A stretch of 64,000 nucleotides of DNA, taken from contig NC_068995.1 in the NCBI RefSeq assembly GCF_001194135.2, positions 20,463,143 to 20,527,142 on the forward strand, read 5' to 3'. The DNA is from Octopus bimaculoides (Eukaryota). Positions 11,521 through 25,783 of the stretch are shown here, in pieces. The translations under genes and the position numbers were made by a program. Under the pieces are notes generated by a model. That model was not told the DNA's origin. It ran no database searches and worked only from the letters and a program-made list of their open reading frames with translations. How positions within the stretch are numbered: the first letter of the stretch is position 1; every line of letters begins with the position of its first letter.

Positions 11521-14114
11521 ATACACCTATATAGGTAATTTATACACACGTGTACTACTGTTTACGTAAAATCGACAAATGTATGTGTGTGTGTATATAT
11601 ATATATATATATACACGCACACACACACACACACACACATAACTACAGCAATCCCCAGAGCACTGTTTTTGGCTATACACACGTGTGTATATTCATATGG
11701 CAATTATGTATGAGGTCTGAATTGTTAGTATTATTGAATGCAGCATTAAATGTGAAGTGTCTTATTATAATACTCATGTTGGATCATACATTTGATACGT
11801 ATATTATTCCTAAATGTTTCTTTTATATTTTTAGAATATCAATGTTGGATCGCAGCCGAGATACATTTGTCATCTCAGTCCTTTATTTCATTAAAGATCA
11901 TGTGCACAGGTTTAGATGTTGAAACGAATCATTTCGAACAAAGGAGATTTTATGTATTCTCCAATTTCTTTTAACTGTATCGTTTAATTTCAACTCTATT
12001 GACATTATTAAAAGAAATATTGTTCTTGTATTTCCATAATTATCACATAATCAGTTACCTAATTCTAATTTATAATTACATTTGGGTTTTTGTTGTCGAC
12101 ATTGACCTGCATTTTATCAGTGGACGTGATCCACTATCATATCTCACCCTATTTTAGTAGTGGAGGAGTTAAGATTCACGGGTGATCTTCAGTTAGATTA
12201 ATATTTCTAGTTTGTTATATTATTATTATTACTACACAGCTTTACTCTTCTTCAATCCTGTTCTATCTTCTAAGCACCCAACCGCCATAATTCTTGAGTT
12301 TCTAATTTTTCTCATGTAAAATGTCAGCGGTAGCATTCTTGACATAGCATCTTCGACATCACTAACACAACCTCATTTTAAGAGTTCATTTCGTATGGCT
12401 AAATTCGAATTCGCTGGTGGGAAACGCCTTTACTAAAATACTAAAATCATCACATTTGCTATATATGTATGTATGCACGAGTGTATATACATAAGTATAT
12501 ACACATACATATACACACATATAACACCATGTTGTAAGACATTAAACACGTTAAAACTGCATGACGTTGTTTTGTGTGCATACATACAGGCATACTGTTT
12601 ATATATACATATATATAGATATATATGTGTGTGTGTATGTATAATGCACTTAGACATAAGTATTATACATTATGCACATTCATTTAATATACATTCCCTA
12701 TATGTCTAACTCGTGCAAACACTAAACATGCACATTAGAATTGTGTGTGTAATTATATATATATATATGTGCCTTTGTCTATTTTCATTCAGTTAAAATG
12801 ACTGTAAAATTTGGTTGACATTCTTTGAAAATTCAACTCCGTTTATTTTTCAAAAACCAGTGTTAATATAGACAAGACTATACACCCGGTGCCCGAATTT
12901 CTACACTATACATATCGGTTCTTCTCTCGGAAAAAAAATTTTTTTTTTCTTTTTTGAGGTTTTTATTATATCTATTTCAAATGTCTTGTGTTCTGAAGAA
13001 AAAAAAAATTAATTTTTCTATTTCAAGAATTGTAAAATAAATAACGTTGCCTCCTGTCAGTTGCTGTTTTATGCATGGCTGTTCTCCCGGTGTCGTCGAA
13101 AATAGTGCGACAGATCATCAATAGCCCTGCTGGATAAAGGAAAGTTGTTTTTACTAATAAATCTCGCATTATTTATTACGAAACTATGGTTTTAAGACAA
13201 AATAAATTTATAAAGAGAAGGAAAAAAACCCAGAAAAGTGCACATCACATTGTTGTTGTAACTGGTTAGTCAACTTTATATTTTTTACCTTGGCGTCAAG
13301 GAAAGTAACATTTATGTATAAATGTTTATGTGGGTAGTAATTCTATTTGTGTTTTTGTGTGCATGTGTGTATAATTGAGGCTTTTCTTTTATACACACGC
13401 ACACATTTAGCAGTTTTGCTTTCAGGCGCGTGTACATTATATGACGTAAGTGTACAGTATGTGTACGCATACATACATTGCCTCTATGTGTAACACAGGC
13501 ACAATATAGCTATGTATATAGGTAAAAATACATGAGCGAGAAAAGTGCGAGTAAGGCAGCAAGTCTCTAGTGACTAGTCTAATCTATCTAGTAGTCTGTC
13601 TGAACTTGTGCTGTTTACTCGGTTAAACATATATCTTAGCCTTGCGATACACACATATATATAAATAAAATGTGTGTGAGAGAGAGTGAGTCTCGATCAA
13701 CCGTGCATGTTCTCGGCTATGGCTGCTCTCGCCTTCTGCGCCTTATTTCTTTTCCTCATCGCCAAAACATTTGTTCTCTTCATCTAACACGTACACGCGT
13801 ACTTGATGCCGACTACACAGATACATATACCACACACACCTACACACGTAACTCGCTGAGCCTCAACTCCAGTTGTAATTTTCACTTTGTTGTTGAAGGC
13901 GCGCACACATTCACACACACGGACTCGCTCACACTCTTTATACGCGCACGCATGCACATCCCTGCATTTCTAATATATAGCTATTTTTTATACGGTTTAC
14001 ATAGTCGCAAAATTGATACACAAGCTTCTTTGAAATACGTATCTGTCGCTCTCTTCTTCCTCTCTATGTACACGCACTTGTATATCCATATACACTCTCT
14101 ACACACGCGCGTTG

Positions 14115-14147
<33 letters not shown>

Positions 14148-14200
14148 NNNNNNNNNNNNNNNNNNNNNNNNNNNNNNNNNNNNNNNNNNNNNNNNNNNNN

Positions 14201-14245
<45 letters not shown>

Positions 14246-14389
14246 ATACGTGTATTCTTTATGCATGTGTGCATCTACATGTCTTAATGTTTGTGCGTGG
14301 GTGTGTATACTTAAACCTACGTGTGTGCGTGTACGCACATGTGTATGTATATGCTGGGGCATTGCTATGTCTTCAGGCTCGTACATAGT

Positions 14390-15030
14390 TTGTGAAGTGA
14401 CTTCTCTGCCACTTTCTTACGTCTCATTCTGTGCTAAGTCTCTCAGGGATTACGGATGCCCAAATCCTAAGTCCATTCCACAGTATATATGCTTTCGAGG
14501 AAGAATATCAAGAAACTGGTTGCCGTGAATCCCTGACTGTTGAATGATTTTGTTCTCAATGTTGAAGACAGAACTCATGGAACTAAACATTTGGGCCCTG
14601 TTTGTGCATTTGTATAACTTACAATGTCAGTTTCCACAACACTTTTTTAACCCTTGGTTGATGATTGTAGAGCTTCCTTTCCAGGAATACAAAATTTTCA
14701 GTCTATATCAGTACCTCATTTTGTGTACAGAACGGAGCTTGGCAATATGAGGCCACCATAATTGGCAGCGATGATTTAACCAACAGAGATGCATGACCTT
14801 GTACCATTTTTGCAACATGCACATGGAGCAATGTCATGATTATATTATACATTTTGACAGTGTTATCATTTCATCTGGCCCCATGTATCCATGTTGTGTT
14901 GTATTGGTGAGCTTGTGTGTGAAATTTACTGCCTTAAATGTTAGATCTTCCTCTGTTCTTAATGTCCTTCAGCAGGTTTTTAATATCTTCGATATCTTGG
15001 TGCCATGGATTGTTTGTGATGGTCTCTTTT
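14390..15030 (-). mobile_element. Probable degenerate RTE-like LINE 3' fragment
   Basis: Hand translation of the minus strand gives disrupted peptides such as NIENKII..LPRKHIYCG and DLAQN..RKW, resembling RTE ORF2 C-terminal motifs (LPKQILYG; LAQDRxxW). Many stops and frameshifts. Confidence 0.35.
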
Positions 15031-15127
15031 ACAACTGAGAAAAGTCTGACATAGTTACGGGTATTTGTGGGCATACAGACACATGTACACAAAGATGCAG
15101 ACACACTTATACCTGGGTAACATGCAG

Positions 15128-15367
15128 TTGTGTAACGTTCACTTTTCATGCTAGGATGTGGCAGGCGAAGTTTCTTTGTGATGGACCGATTGCCAGAATG
15201 CCTTTGTTGCCAATCCTCACCTATTTTCATGCAGTGTTATCTTTCTCCAAGGATGAACATGCCTTCATGTAATTTGAAAATGAGGCTCTCATTTACAACT
15301 CGTACTTCCTTGAAGAGGTGGCACAAACTGGCATGGATGAGAAGCAGACTTCTTAACCACACTGCCT
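15128..15367 (-). mobile_element. Degenerate SINE, type A2 (A-type head, alternative 3' tail)
   Basis: Tail-like aacgttcacttttcatgct, internal ccaatcctcacctatttt and head-like gaagcagacttcttaaccacac, matching other A2 copies. Confidence 0.6.
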
Positions 15368-15913
15368 AATCTGTCATGCACATAGTGTGCATACAAATGT
15401 GTATGTAATATACAGCCCAACCCATGCCATCATGAAAAACGGACTTTAAAGGATATCGGCACTAACTCATTTTATTGTTCTGTCTCTTTACATGCTGGCA
15501 GTTTAAATTGGTTCCTTGAATAGTATTTTACTGTAGGATACCCATCATATCAGCAACTAATGATAGGTTGCTACTCCAGCTTCCAATTTCAAAAACTAGG
15601 ATTTATAAGCACATACATAAACATAAGTATAGATATAGGTATGCATGTGAGTACACTTATGCAGATGTGCTTTTATACAGTCATTTATGCTCATTCTGCA
15701 AGTTGGCTCAGCTGTACAAGCTCACACACACATCAGCAGGCCCATTTGGGCATGCATGCACACCAGCATGGGTCCATGTGCTTTCATATATTTATCAACA
15801 CTCACATGTATACAGGAATTGATATTCAGACATATATGTATACATACACTCACATGCATATACTATTTTCATACATGCATGTATATATACACATATATAT
15901 GCATATGTATACA

Positions 15914-15944
<31 letters not shown>

Positions 15945-15967
15945 ACACATAATTGTGTATATGTACA

Positions 15968-16300
15968 TTGTGACATTTGCCACTATTCCATACTTGCATA
16001 GGTCAGGTTGAATGAGGCAGCTGGATGCTTATCCTGTCACCAACCTGTTTTCAAGCAAGATAATGTTTCTCAGAAATGGAGAAAGTGTGATGGTGAACTA
16101 TCAAGTGATAAGACAAGGAAACACAAACATACATTGCACAAGCATTGGGTGTGTGTCATTTTCCAGTTGCTTAGCCCACTCAAAAAGTTTTGATTTTTCC
16201 TGGAGCTCTAGTAGAAGATTTGCCCAAAGTACAACACAGAAGGACTGAATCCCAAATCATGATTGGGAAGCAAACATCTTAACTGCATAGCCATGCCAGC
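15968..16300 (-). mobile_element. Degenerate SINE, type A2
   Basis: Tail ccactattccatacttgcatagg, internal ccaacctgttttcaagcaag, CORE-like ttgcccaaag, head gggaagcaaacatcttaactgcatagcc. Confidence 0.7.
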
Positions 16301-16307
16301 ACACACA

Positions 16308-16341
<34 letters not shown>

Positions 16342-17004
16342 TGAAATAGAAGCATGTAAATATGTACACATGCATATATATGTTGGACATTAGCATAAAT
16401 ACTTTATATAAAGTCCCTGTAGTATACATATGTATACACACGAACATAAGCAACTTTATATACACATACAGCTATATATATATATAGCTCTGGCTTCCTT
16501 TTGTTAGCATGTGGTCATCATACATAAATATGTCTGAATTATTGCATATCCATATATAGCTACACTGTTGTATGTATCTATAATCCAAGATTCACATTAA
16601 TGCATGTGTACATGCATATATATTTATATATGTGCCCATAAGGATGTGTGTACTGATATTTAGGCATGCCTTTGTAGTAAAGGTAAAGGAGTTTGTTTTA
16701 CAAATGCTTTGATGACATTTGGTCAATGAAAATGGTATCTCTGTGAGTGCATTTGTTCTCTTAATCCTACCGTGGTACCCTAGCTTGACTGAAACTTCAA
16801 TGATTGAAGCCAGTGCAAAAACTGAATATCATTTCCAATGTCCAATTTTTTCATGCTTCCTAAGGTCAGATAATTCCTGTTACCAATCCTCTTTTGTTTC
16901 CAGATATTTTTCCATTCTCGAAGATCTTCATGGAAGGCCGTGATGAATAACATTGCTTGTCTAGAACCATGTGATAAGAGATATTTCTCTGTATGCAATA
17001 TGAA

Positions 17005-17160
17005 CAGGCTTCTTTCAGTTTCCATCCACAATATACTGTCACAAATCTTTGGTCAGCGTGTGACTATAGTGAAAAAAACTTCCACAAGGTGATGCGCTGT
17101 GGGATTGAGCCCAAAATCACATGGTTGTGGAGCAAGCTTCTTAATCACACAGCCATACAT
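17005..17160 (-). mobile_element. SINE type A head/CORE fragment
   Basis: ggcttctttcagtttcc...gcaagcttcttaatcacacagcc matches the A family. Confidence 0.75.
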
Positions 17161-17316
17161 GCTTATGCTCATGTGCAAAAAACATTTGAATGTATGTACA
17201 CACATTCATGCATATATGTATATATATACCCTTATCTACACACACCTTAACATGAACGTATTAAGGTATACATTTATGTATATATGCATATACATGGATT
17301 TGTATATACAGATGTG

Positions 17317-17357
<41 letters not shown>

Positions 17358-17890
17358 ATATAATTATATATACACACACACATGAACTTTTGTATGGTCC
17401 TATGTCTATATATGCATGTATGTGTATATATACATAGATGAATGTATGACAATGTATGTATTTTTATGTTACATGCATGTTTATAGATCTACAAAAATGT
17501 ATATTTACATAGTTCCACATATAGAGTTTGTGATTATTACATGTATTGCATGTGTACACACACTCACACATGCGATTTCTTGTCCTATACATATATGTAT
17601 GCATATTTACATGTATATTTATGTATATAACCTAAGTACATTTGTATACATTATTTGCATATTTACAATATATATGTATTAGTTACATACTTAGTATATC
17701 TCTCTCTCTATATATATATGTGTATTTGTAATAATCGTTTTGTATGCATATATATATATACACACACACATATATATATATATATACATAGTGTAATGTA
17801 AATTGAATTACATGCTTCTGTTTACTTATGACATAAATGAGATGCACACAGTTTATACATATAACTTGATGTTTTGTATCTGCCTGTGTG

Positions 17891-17933
<43 letters not shown>

Positions 17934-19019
17934 AAAGAAAATGTAATTTTGGATTTACTAGAATCCTGACATGTTTGTGTATGTTGGTTTAAACACACAC
18001 ACATTAATGTATGCACCTATAATGTATGTGCTGTTTGTCACATTCACAATTGATTCATATAGTTTAGTGAGTGTTAAAGAACCGTCCTAGTTTTCTTGGA
18101 TACAGTTTCTTAATGAAAGATGACATCTACTGAAGTGAAAGCTTCCCAACCTTTCTGCTCTTCAGCTGTCATAAAAAAAACAAAAACAAAACTTCATTTG
18201 ATAAACATATCCTTTTTCCCTATGAACTACAGACGCACTTGCACACCCATATTTTGACCTCCATTTTCAGTCAGATACTGTAAGTCATCACTTTAATTCT
18301 TCCCTCTTCATCTGTCCTTAACACTGCATCACATTTACACCTTGTTACCTCTTCCCACTTCATCATTATAGTTGTTTCCTACCTTTTTTATATACAATCT
18401 TTCTACTTTTCACATTTTTAAAAAAAAATTCTGTTTAGACTTAACAAACACTACCACCCTTTCCATGAAGTGCCATTCCTTTAAATCCTAGATATTTGTT
18501 TTCATAGCATGCTACATATACCGCGGGTTTAGTTTCGTTTTTTTTTTCCCCCTCAATTTAATCAGGTGTTAAAAACATTATACAAAGCACTGATTTGACA
18601 CTAAGCTAAGTCAAATGTTTGTATTTGTACATCCTCAGCATAAACAAACACACTCACACACACAGATACAGTTTTTGAATTACATTCTTGTTTTGCAAAA
18701 ATGCAAGGGTGGTTTGATCATGATTTATTCCTTAAAGGCTTTGTCGTGTGAGTGTGACCAAGCTGGGGCACCAAGTTTAGTGGATTTTAGTCAATAATAT
18801 CTGCTCACTCCAATGCCTTGTCTGGTGCTTATTTTACTATTCTCATTAAATGCAAAGTATACCTTTGTGAGGAAATCCAGTTGACCACAAATTAAACTAT
18901 GTTTCGATGTACCAGGTTTCATCTTGTGCCCAGACTCTCGTACAAGCATTCACACTGCTTCTAGTGTGTGTGTGTAGTAAATCATTCCAGCTGCCATTCA
19001 TGCAGTATTAATCATTCCA

Positions 19020-19100
19020 AGGCTGTTGTAGGAAACAATGGCCCAAAGAGATGTGCATTTGGGTGAAGACCAGCACCACATGTTTTCTAATCAGCCATGT
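19020..19100 (-). mobile_element. Highly degenerate SINE type A head fragment
   Basis: ggctgttgtaggaaacaatggcccaaag...cagccatg resembles the A head. Confidence 0.4.
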
Positions 19101-21048
19101 CTACCTTAGAAATTTTCATTTTTAAATAGTTGAATCTAGAATTTTACTCTTGAACAAAAATACCCCTTTGTGAGGCATTCTCACTGAGATGGTTGTTGGT
19201 CTCTTACTCTGGATATTTTGAATATTGTGTATAATCTTCAGTGTCAGTTTATTTTACTAGTGTTGTGATTTCCTGGGACTCCTGTGAGATGCAACCTGGA
19301 AAGGATTAGTTCCCTTTAATTTTAAAAAAGTCATTTTTTTTTAATGCACTTAGTGTCAATTGTAAATATATTAAAATGAAATCAGCTAACATTGATAAAA
19401 TTTTGTATACATACATAGTCTTGTAAATTGTTAGTTTGATGTATGTAGAGAAAAGGAAAATATACTGACCTTAGTGATCACTCTTTGTATGCCTTTTCTT
19501 TTTTCCTTTTCTATGTGCACGGGATATTATAATCTCAGGTGACCTAGTATGTTGGATCACTTCTACTTGTGGTTCATACTTGATGTCTAAGTAAGCCAAT
19601 GAGGAGTTTTCTTTGTGATCTGCTAAAAGTAGTATTCAAGTTTTTTTTTTTTTAATTGTACCTAACCATCTTGAAAGGCATGATGGATGATTAGGTCTTG
19701 TTCATTGCACATTGGAGAAAAATGGAATAGTCTCTATTGAAATGCCTTTGTACAAAGGTCTGTTGAATGACAAGTTGTCCTGGGGCTAAACAACTTGATT
19801 ATATTGAAACAGACAGTGTCACTTAGAAAGTCGTGGAAACTTAAATACCTTTTTATTTAATACTTTTTCACCTCTGGATTTCTTTCAATTATATTTTAAT
19901 GTTAATTTGCCATTAGATTCCTTCAACTAGAATTAGGTGGCATAGATTAAGATTTTTCCCTCCGGAAATGAAGACTTTACAATTGATTAGTGTCTCAATC
20001 GAAATTAGAATCATTATTTTTTACATCTACTTATCCATGCTCGCATAAATTGAAACTCTTTTTGGTTACATACATCCTCTTCGCGAAAACACCCCTATTA
20101 AAGTTGCTCCTTAGATTGTGCATGAATTTTGCATACCTGTTCTACAAATTGTGATGCACACTATTCTAAAATTGTTAAAAACACTTATATTTAAACCTTG
20201 AGTGTCTCAATATAGTTGTTTAATCTCCCTTGAAAAATATTCCACTTTGAAAATGGTCAGGTATCCTTGACAAGGCAGGAGTCGTGGATCTGCATGGTTA
20301 CGGTTGACCTAGAGCTTAGCTAGTATCATCTCATTTTTGTTTTCCTCATTTTCCTTGCCAACATGGATTGGCTCCTTTACACCTAACATTAGAACAGATG
20401 ATTTTTATCATTGTCCTTCACTTATTCAACCATGAGATGGGAATAGGTCATACTTAATTTCTCCGCTAGATTGACTGAAGCAGGTAATCTACCTTGACTG
20501 CAGGCATTGGGCATTCAATATTATTACAACAACAATAAGCTTTATGTCGGTGGCTGTTGTGTTGTCACAAAGTAATATCTGAATCTTGTTTGCGATGTAG
20601 TTTTATATGAAGAAATAAGGGGTGGAGAAGAAAAAGTGTTTACTTACATATGACCCTTTATTTTTTATTTGTTACCTTCATCTTTTAGTTGTTACCTTCC
20701 CACTCATAAACATCATGAAAAAAGTGAAGATCTTAATCAAAACATTTAACGCTTTAAATTTTTTTGTTTTTGTATTTTTTTATCCATTGAAGCATGCAGT
20801 AACCCACTCAGCTATTGTGTTCCAGTTTCATTTATAGCAGCACTGATAGTTTGTCAACTATAGAAAGCATGCTACCAACTATTACACACACAAGCCATTG
20901 TTTTTTGCTTAATGAAAACCTGATATTCCTGTTCAGAGAATTTCTGAATGCCTGAAACCTGTAAGTTGGTAGCCAATTTTGATCTGATGTATTTTTAATA
21001 TTCTTGATGGTTGCCATAACATTGAAAATGTAACTTTGAAAAATCTCA

Positions 21049-21131
<83 letters not shown>

Positions 21132-21210
21132 NNNNNNNNNNNNNNNNNNNNNNNNNNNNNNNNNNNNNNNNNNNNNNNNNNNNNNNNNNNNNNNNNNNNN
21201 NNNNNNNNNN

Positions 21211-21280
<70 letters not shown>
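21049..21280. repeat. (TC)n microsatellite with internal gap
   Basis: Seen directly. Confidence 0.98.
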
Positions 21281-21285
<5 letters not shown>

Positions 21286-21835
21286 TTGCGTGTGTGTCTT
21301 TCTAGGGAAAGGTGGGGATGTCTTTCATGTGAGATTCATTCAAAGGTTAATTCAGCTGTGAACCTAATTTTGTATCTGCTTCTATTTTTGGAAGTGTTTC
21401 AAGTATAACTTTCCTCTCTCTCTTTCTCTCTGTGATTTGTGTCGATCATTGTATTGTCAGTCTATTCTGGGTTCTCAAACAATACTGATTTGTTGTTAGA
21501 ATTGCTAGTTAACGTTTACAGCAAAATTAGGAATGTGTAATTGAGAAAGAATAAACAATCCTATTTGAATAGGACCAACCCGTGATTTTATGAAGACCTT
21601 GCTGATGGCTTGTGTGCATGAAATAATTCTTGCCTGTAATTATTACTGCAAATATCTTTCACATCAGTCACCTCCAGCTATAAGCTAACTAGGTACAGAG
21701 TAGCTGTAGGGTTAAAAAAAAACATCTGATTAAATGTTTAGTAGTGATGGGTATCTTTCTCAGTTTACTAGAAATAGAGATGTTTTTTAGGAAAGGAATG
21801 ATTGTATTTATTTGCAAATCTAGGAGATTTATCTT

Positions 21836-22186
21836 TTTATGTCTGCCTTTTTCATGCTGGCATGTGTTGGATGAGATTTCTCATCAGTATTCTATGACTG
21901 GATGCCATTTCTGATGGTAAACCTTGTGTTGCATGTAAGGTTTTTCTTTCCATTGGTCTTTGCACATGACTGTCAGGGCATTTTTATGGGACACGGTCAA
22001 ATGTTTTTGCTGCTTAAATGGTGTCAGTGCAAAGCTACACGGGTTTCTGTACAGTTGCCATCTTGTAGTTTTCATTCACAGGGCATTGGTCAACCTCTGT
22101 CTATAGAAGACATTTGCCCAAGATGCTGTACAGTGGGAATGAACCCGAAATCACTTCATTGTAAAGCCAACTTAACTGCGTAGTGC
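21836..22186 (-). mobile_element. Degenerate SINE, type A2
   Basis: Tail tttcatgctggcatgtgttggatg; CORE-like ctatagaagacatttgcccaagatgc; head cagtgggaatgaacccgaaatcac. Confidence 0.7.
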
Positions 22187-22404
22187 TGTACACACCTTTT
22201 TGGATGTCAAACAACCTTAGTACTAAAAGGAGTAGAAAAAATCCATGAAACCTAGTTTTTATATATCTTCATAAGCTCGAGCTATTTTCGCTTCTCATCT
22301 TAACCCAACAAACTCATCTGCATTTACAAGTACCTTTGTTGCTAACACTTTGCCTACTTGGATTCTAGATTTTGACAATCAAGTTGGATAGCCTCTGTCC
22401 ATTT

Positions 22405-22472
22405 CTGTGATACAAGACCTTGTTTTAGATTGTCCATACTGTGATACAAGACCTTGTTTTAGATTGTCCATA
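22405..22472. repeat. Perfect 2 x 34-nt tandem duplication
   Basis: ctgtgatacaagaccttgttttagattgtccata twice (22405-22438, 22439-22472). Confidence 0.97.
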
Positions 22473-23683
22473 CTGTAATTAAAATGTTGCATTTTTTTTT
22501 TATGCAAGATCTATTTATGCTCCAAACACCGACTTGGTTGAAAAGCTTGGTTGACTAAATCTGTCACTTCTATATTGGTTTCACAAATTGTATGAAGCAC
22601 ATACGCAGTGTATATCAATAGAAACATGTCCACAAAAATGTTACATTGCAAGGGACAATAACACTTCATAGCTGCTGATGGTGGTATTGTTTACTTTCAC
22701 CAGCAATACAATGATCCCATACTTGTCTTCAGGTATCCTCTGTGTAAAGAGTTTGTTTTTGTATCAGCCCTTGTTTAATTTAATGAAGGTTATTCAGCAA
22801 AACAGTTCTCTAGTTCTATTAAAACTTATCACCTCAACTATTGATAGTGTTAAATATTGATTAGCACCTTATCAATCTGATTTAACAGACTGATGATCAA
22901 AGGGACTCCTAGAATTTTTTTTTTCCATAACTTATCTACAATTGAGAGAAATTAGCTACTATGTGGCTATGTAAGCAGCTCCTTTGTTGGCTCTGAAATA
23001 TGTTTGCATATTCTGTGTATTTATATGACCACAAGTCTTAGGCTCTGGTCTACTAACCACATGGTCAATTAAGGCCATGTTCCTTTCCTCTCTAAAGATA
23101 CATTGCTCTTACCTCTGCTGATAACATTAACAGCCCACTGCTGCTTGACACAGTTGATTGATTACCTGTAAGGAGTCCTCTCGCCAGCTGAAAAGCTTTA
23201 ACCAAACAATATTTATATATTCAAATATACAGGACATAGTAATATTAAAATGCATTATTTATGTGCTGTGTTTGTGGTGTTTAATTTATAAGATATTGCA
23301 TATTTTCTTTCATATTCATAACCCTATTTGTTTGCAACGATTATATTTCCTTTGATGTTTCAAGACCTACCTAGTCTTTTGGGAGGAAATGATTCTAGTA
23401 GCTGGTGTCTGTGATTGTTTGCATTGTTGGGGGAAAGACACTGCAGTTTCTTGTTCCAAGCAACAATGGAACAAGGAATTATGGAAAATCCTTTTAAACA
23501 AGAGCAATGTTTTCATTAGCATATATGAAATAAAAAGCTGTTCAGTGCATGAGCACACACAAGCATTCTGGATAAGTCTGGCTACGAAACAATACTTCTA
23601 ATACATATATATAATTTTTTTTGCAGTTCAGTATGACTTATTGGGTACATTTGTTATAAGTTCTTAGATTAAAAATGATATAA

Positions 23684-23887
23684 CCCTTTAGCAGTCAGAT
23701 TATTTTGTCAAATGTTATGCTTATTTCTTCTCATTGTTTTGAATTTATCATGCAGTATCTCGTATCTTCAAGATTGATGTAATTGTTTGTGTTTAGAATG
23801 ACATTGTATTGAGAGACTAAATCTAGCCAGTTTGAACAAAAAAGTTTAAATATTTTGGCTAGATGTGGCCAGTTTAAATGCTAAAGG
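23684..23887 (-). mobile_element. Non-autonomous MITE (CCCTTTAGCA...TGCTAAAGG termini), piggyBac-like
   Basis: Short terminal inverted repeats; interior is the reverse complement of the copies at 35050 and 63283. Confidence 0.8.
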
Positions 23888-24490
23888 TAGGCCTTTCCTA
23901 AGCTGGTATAAAGTTTTAGTGGTAGTGTATCTTTTGTAAAAGGGAAGTTGTATAATACCTTTTGGATTATCATTTCTATTTAATATCTCGACTAAAACAA
24001 AAACATTTATTTTTCAGTATTAGATGACTGCCATGCTACAGCAACCACCATCTTCAAGGTTCTTAGTGGATTATAGTGACTTAAATGATTTAATTTGGGA
24101 ATGGCTGTATTGGGAGGCTCATGTAGGTACACCTGGTTTATACTTTATTAGAAATTTGGGGATCCATTCAGCCTAATGAAAGAAAAGAATGCACGGTTGA
24201 TAGGTGTGGAGAAATAAGAATATTGGCCCAGCACTAATATTGAAACGTAACTAGACAAACTGCCTAACTGAAAAACTAGAGCATTTCTCAATTAACTGAC
24301 TGTTTAGCTTTAATAACAATCATACGATGTAATAAATGAATTTGATTTCTTAAATGGGCACAAGACCTGAATAATAGGGATTAGGTAAATTCAATGAGAT
24401 CATTTTAGGATGACATTGTCCCAGTGTTAAGGTACACAACCGTAAATACCACAAAGTGCTTTGTTCATGGCTGTATTGATTTTGACAATC

Positions 24491-24558
24491 CAGTACCCTA
24501 TGAATAAACCCTCAAGTATATTATCAGTACCCTATGAATATACCCTCAAGTATATTAT
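24491..24558. repeat. 2 x 34-nt tandem duplication (1 mismatch)
   Basis: cagtaccctatgaata(a/t)accctcaagtatattat twice (24491-24524, 24525-24558). Confidence 0.97.
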
Positions 24559-25575
24559 CAAATGTAGCTGCCAAATGATCCTACCTTTATGCTGTTGATC
24601 ATCCTGCTAGATATTGCAGCTAAATCTCTCAAATTCCACCAACCAGTCTGAGATAAATCACAAATTATGACTAGAAATAAGAAAGAATAACAAAAACACA
24701 GATAGGTCATAGATGAATGCTTTTGATCATGGACAGGACTGCCATGTTTGTGGCTAATTTGTTGCTTGAAAACTAGATGATGTCTTTGGTGCTTAAAATT
24801 TAGGCCGAGGCCTTGAAGGTTGGAACCTCTTGTTAGGCAGACTGACTGAGAGAGGAAAATAATACAGCAAAAATAAATAAATGAAAAATGGTTGTGGCAA
24901 ATATTGAGCTCTTCTAAATATCACTATAACCTTTTCGAAGGTTGTAGAAGAGAATGAGTCCAGCTAATTTAAAGATGTATTTGGATTTTCGATGCTCGCT
25001 TCCATTCAGTTGAATTGTAGCTAGATACAGCAACATTCCTTTTCTTTTTTTTAGAGGGAAATTTTAAAGAATTTTTAGCATTCTCCAAATGCATGGATTC
25101 ACGCCTTTGGCTTATTTGAGTTATTTCCCTTAGCTCATTTTTAGTTCATATACCTCTATAAGACACTGACTATAACTCAAGACTTTGGTGGTCCCATGCT
25201 GTTGCCATTCCCAGCTTGTTCCAATTTGAACCTTTGACTGTTAATTAAAATGGTTCTACAAATCATCACAGGTCAAGAAACGGGATTCGTTCTTCCATTT
25301 AATTCTTTGTTTATTTTTCTTCATTTGCTTAACCACACCCAAAACTGACTAGTTCTGTCTTCCTTCCTTACATCTTGCTTTCTACAACACACACACACAC
25401 ATAATCTGGTGTGTGTACTGTCTCTCTTCCATATATATATATATAGTGTAGATAGATAAACTTGAATATTCTAAATATTGCTTTGTCGAGGTGAATATTA
25501 TTGTCACTTTATACACTCTGCTGTCTAGTCTCTTAAGGGTCCTTCATACATCATCTTAGAAATATTCTAGTTGTT

Positions 25576-25783
25576 TTTCTATTTTGGTTTAGCCATTAGA
25601 CTGCAGTCACGCTGGAGTAGTGAATAGAATTGACCTTAGTGTTTTTTCTTCTTTAAGCCCGGTACATCAAACGTGTGCTTCCAAATCCACTCAAGGCTGT
25701 AGTCGAATACACTTGCCCAAAGTACCACAGTGGGATTGAACCATGCGGTTAGAAAACAAGCTTCTTTACTGCACAGCCATGTC
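25576..25783 (-). mobile_element. Internally deleted SINE type A1
   Basis: Tail cattagactgcagtcacgctggag, ccaaatccactcaaggc, cacttgcccaaag, head caagcttctttactgcacagcc. Confidence 0.7.

Noticed and set aside
13670-14287. 205-aa ORF
   Set aside because: Starts in (GA/TG)n, runs through (TA)n, an N gap and (CA)n; no recognisable domain or splice context.
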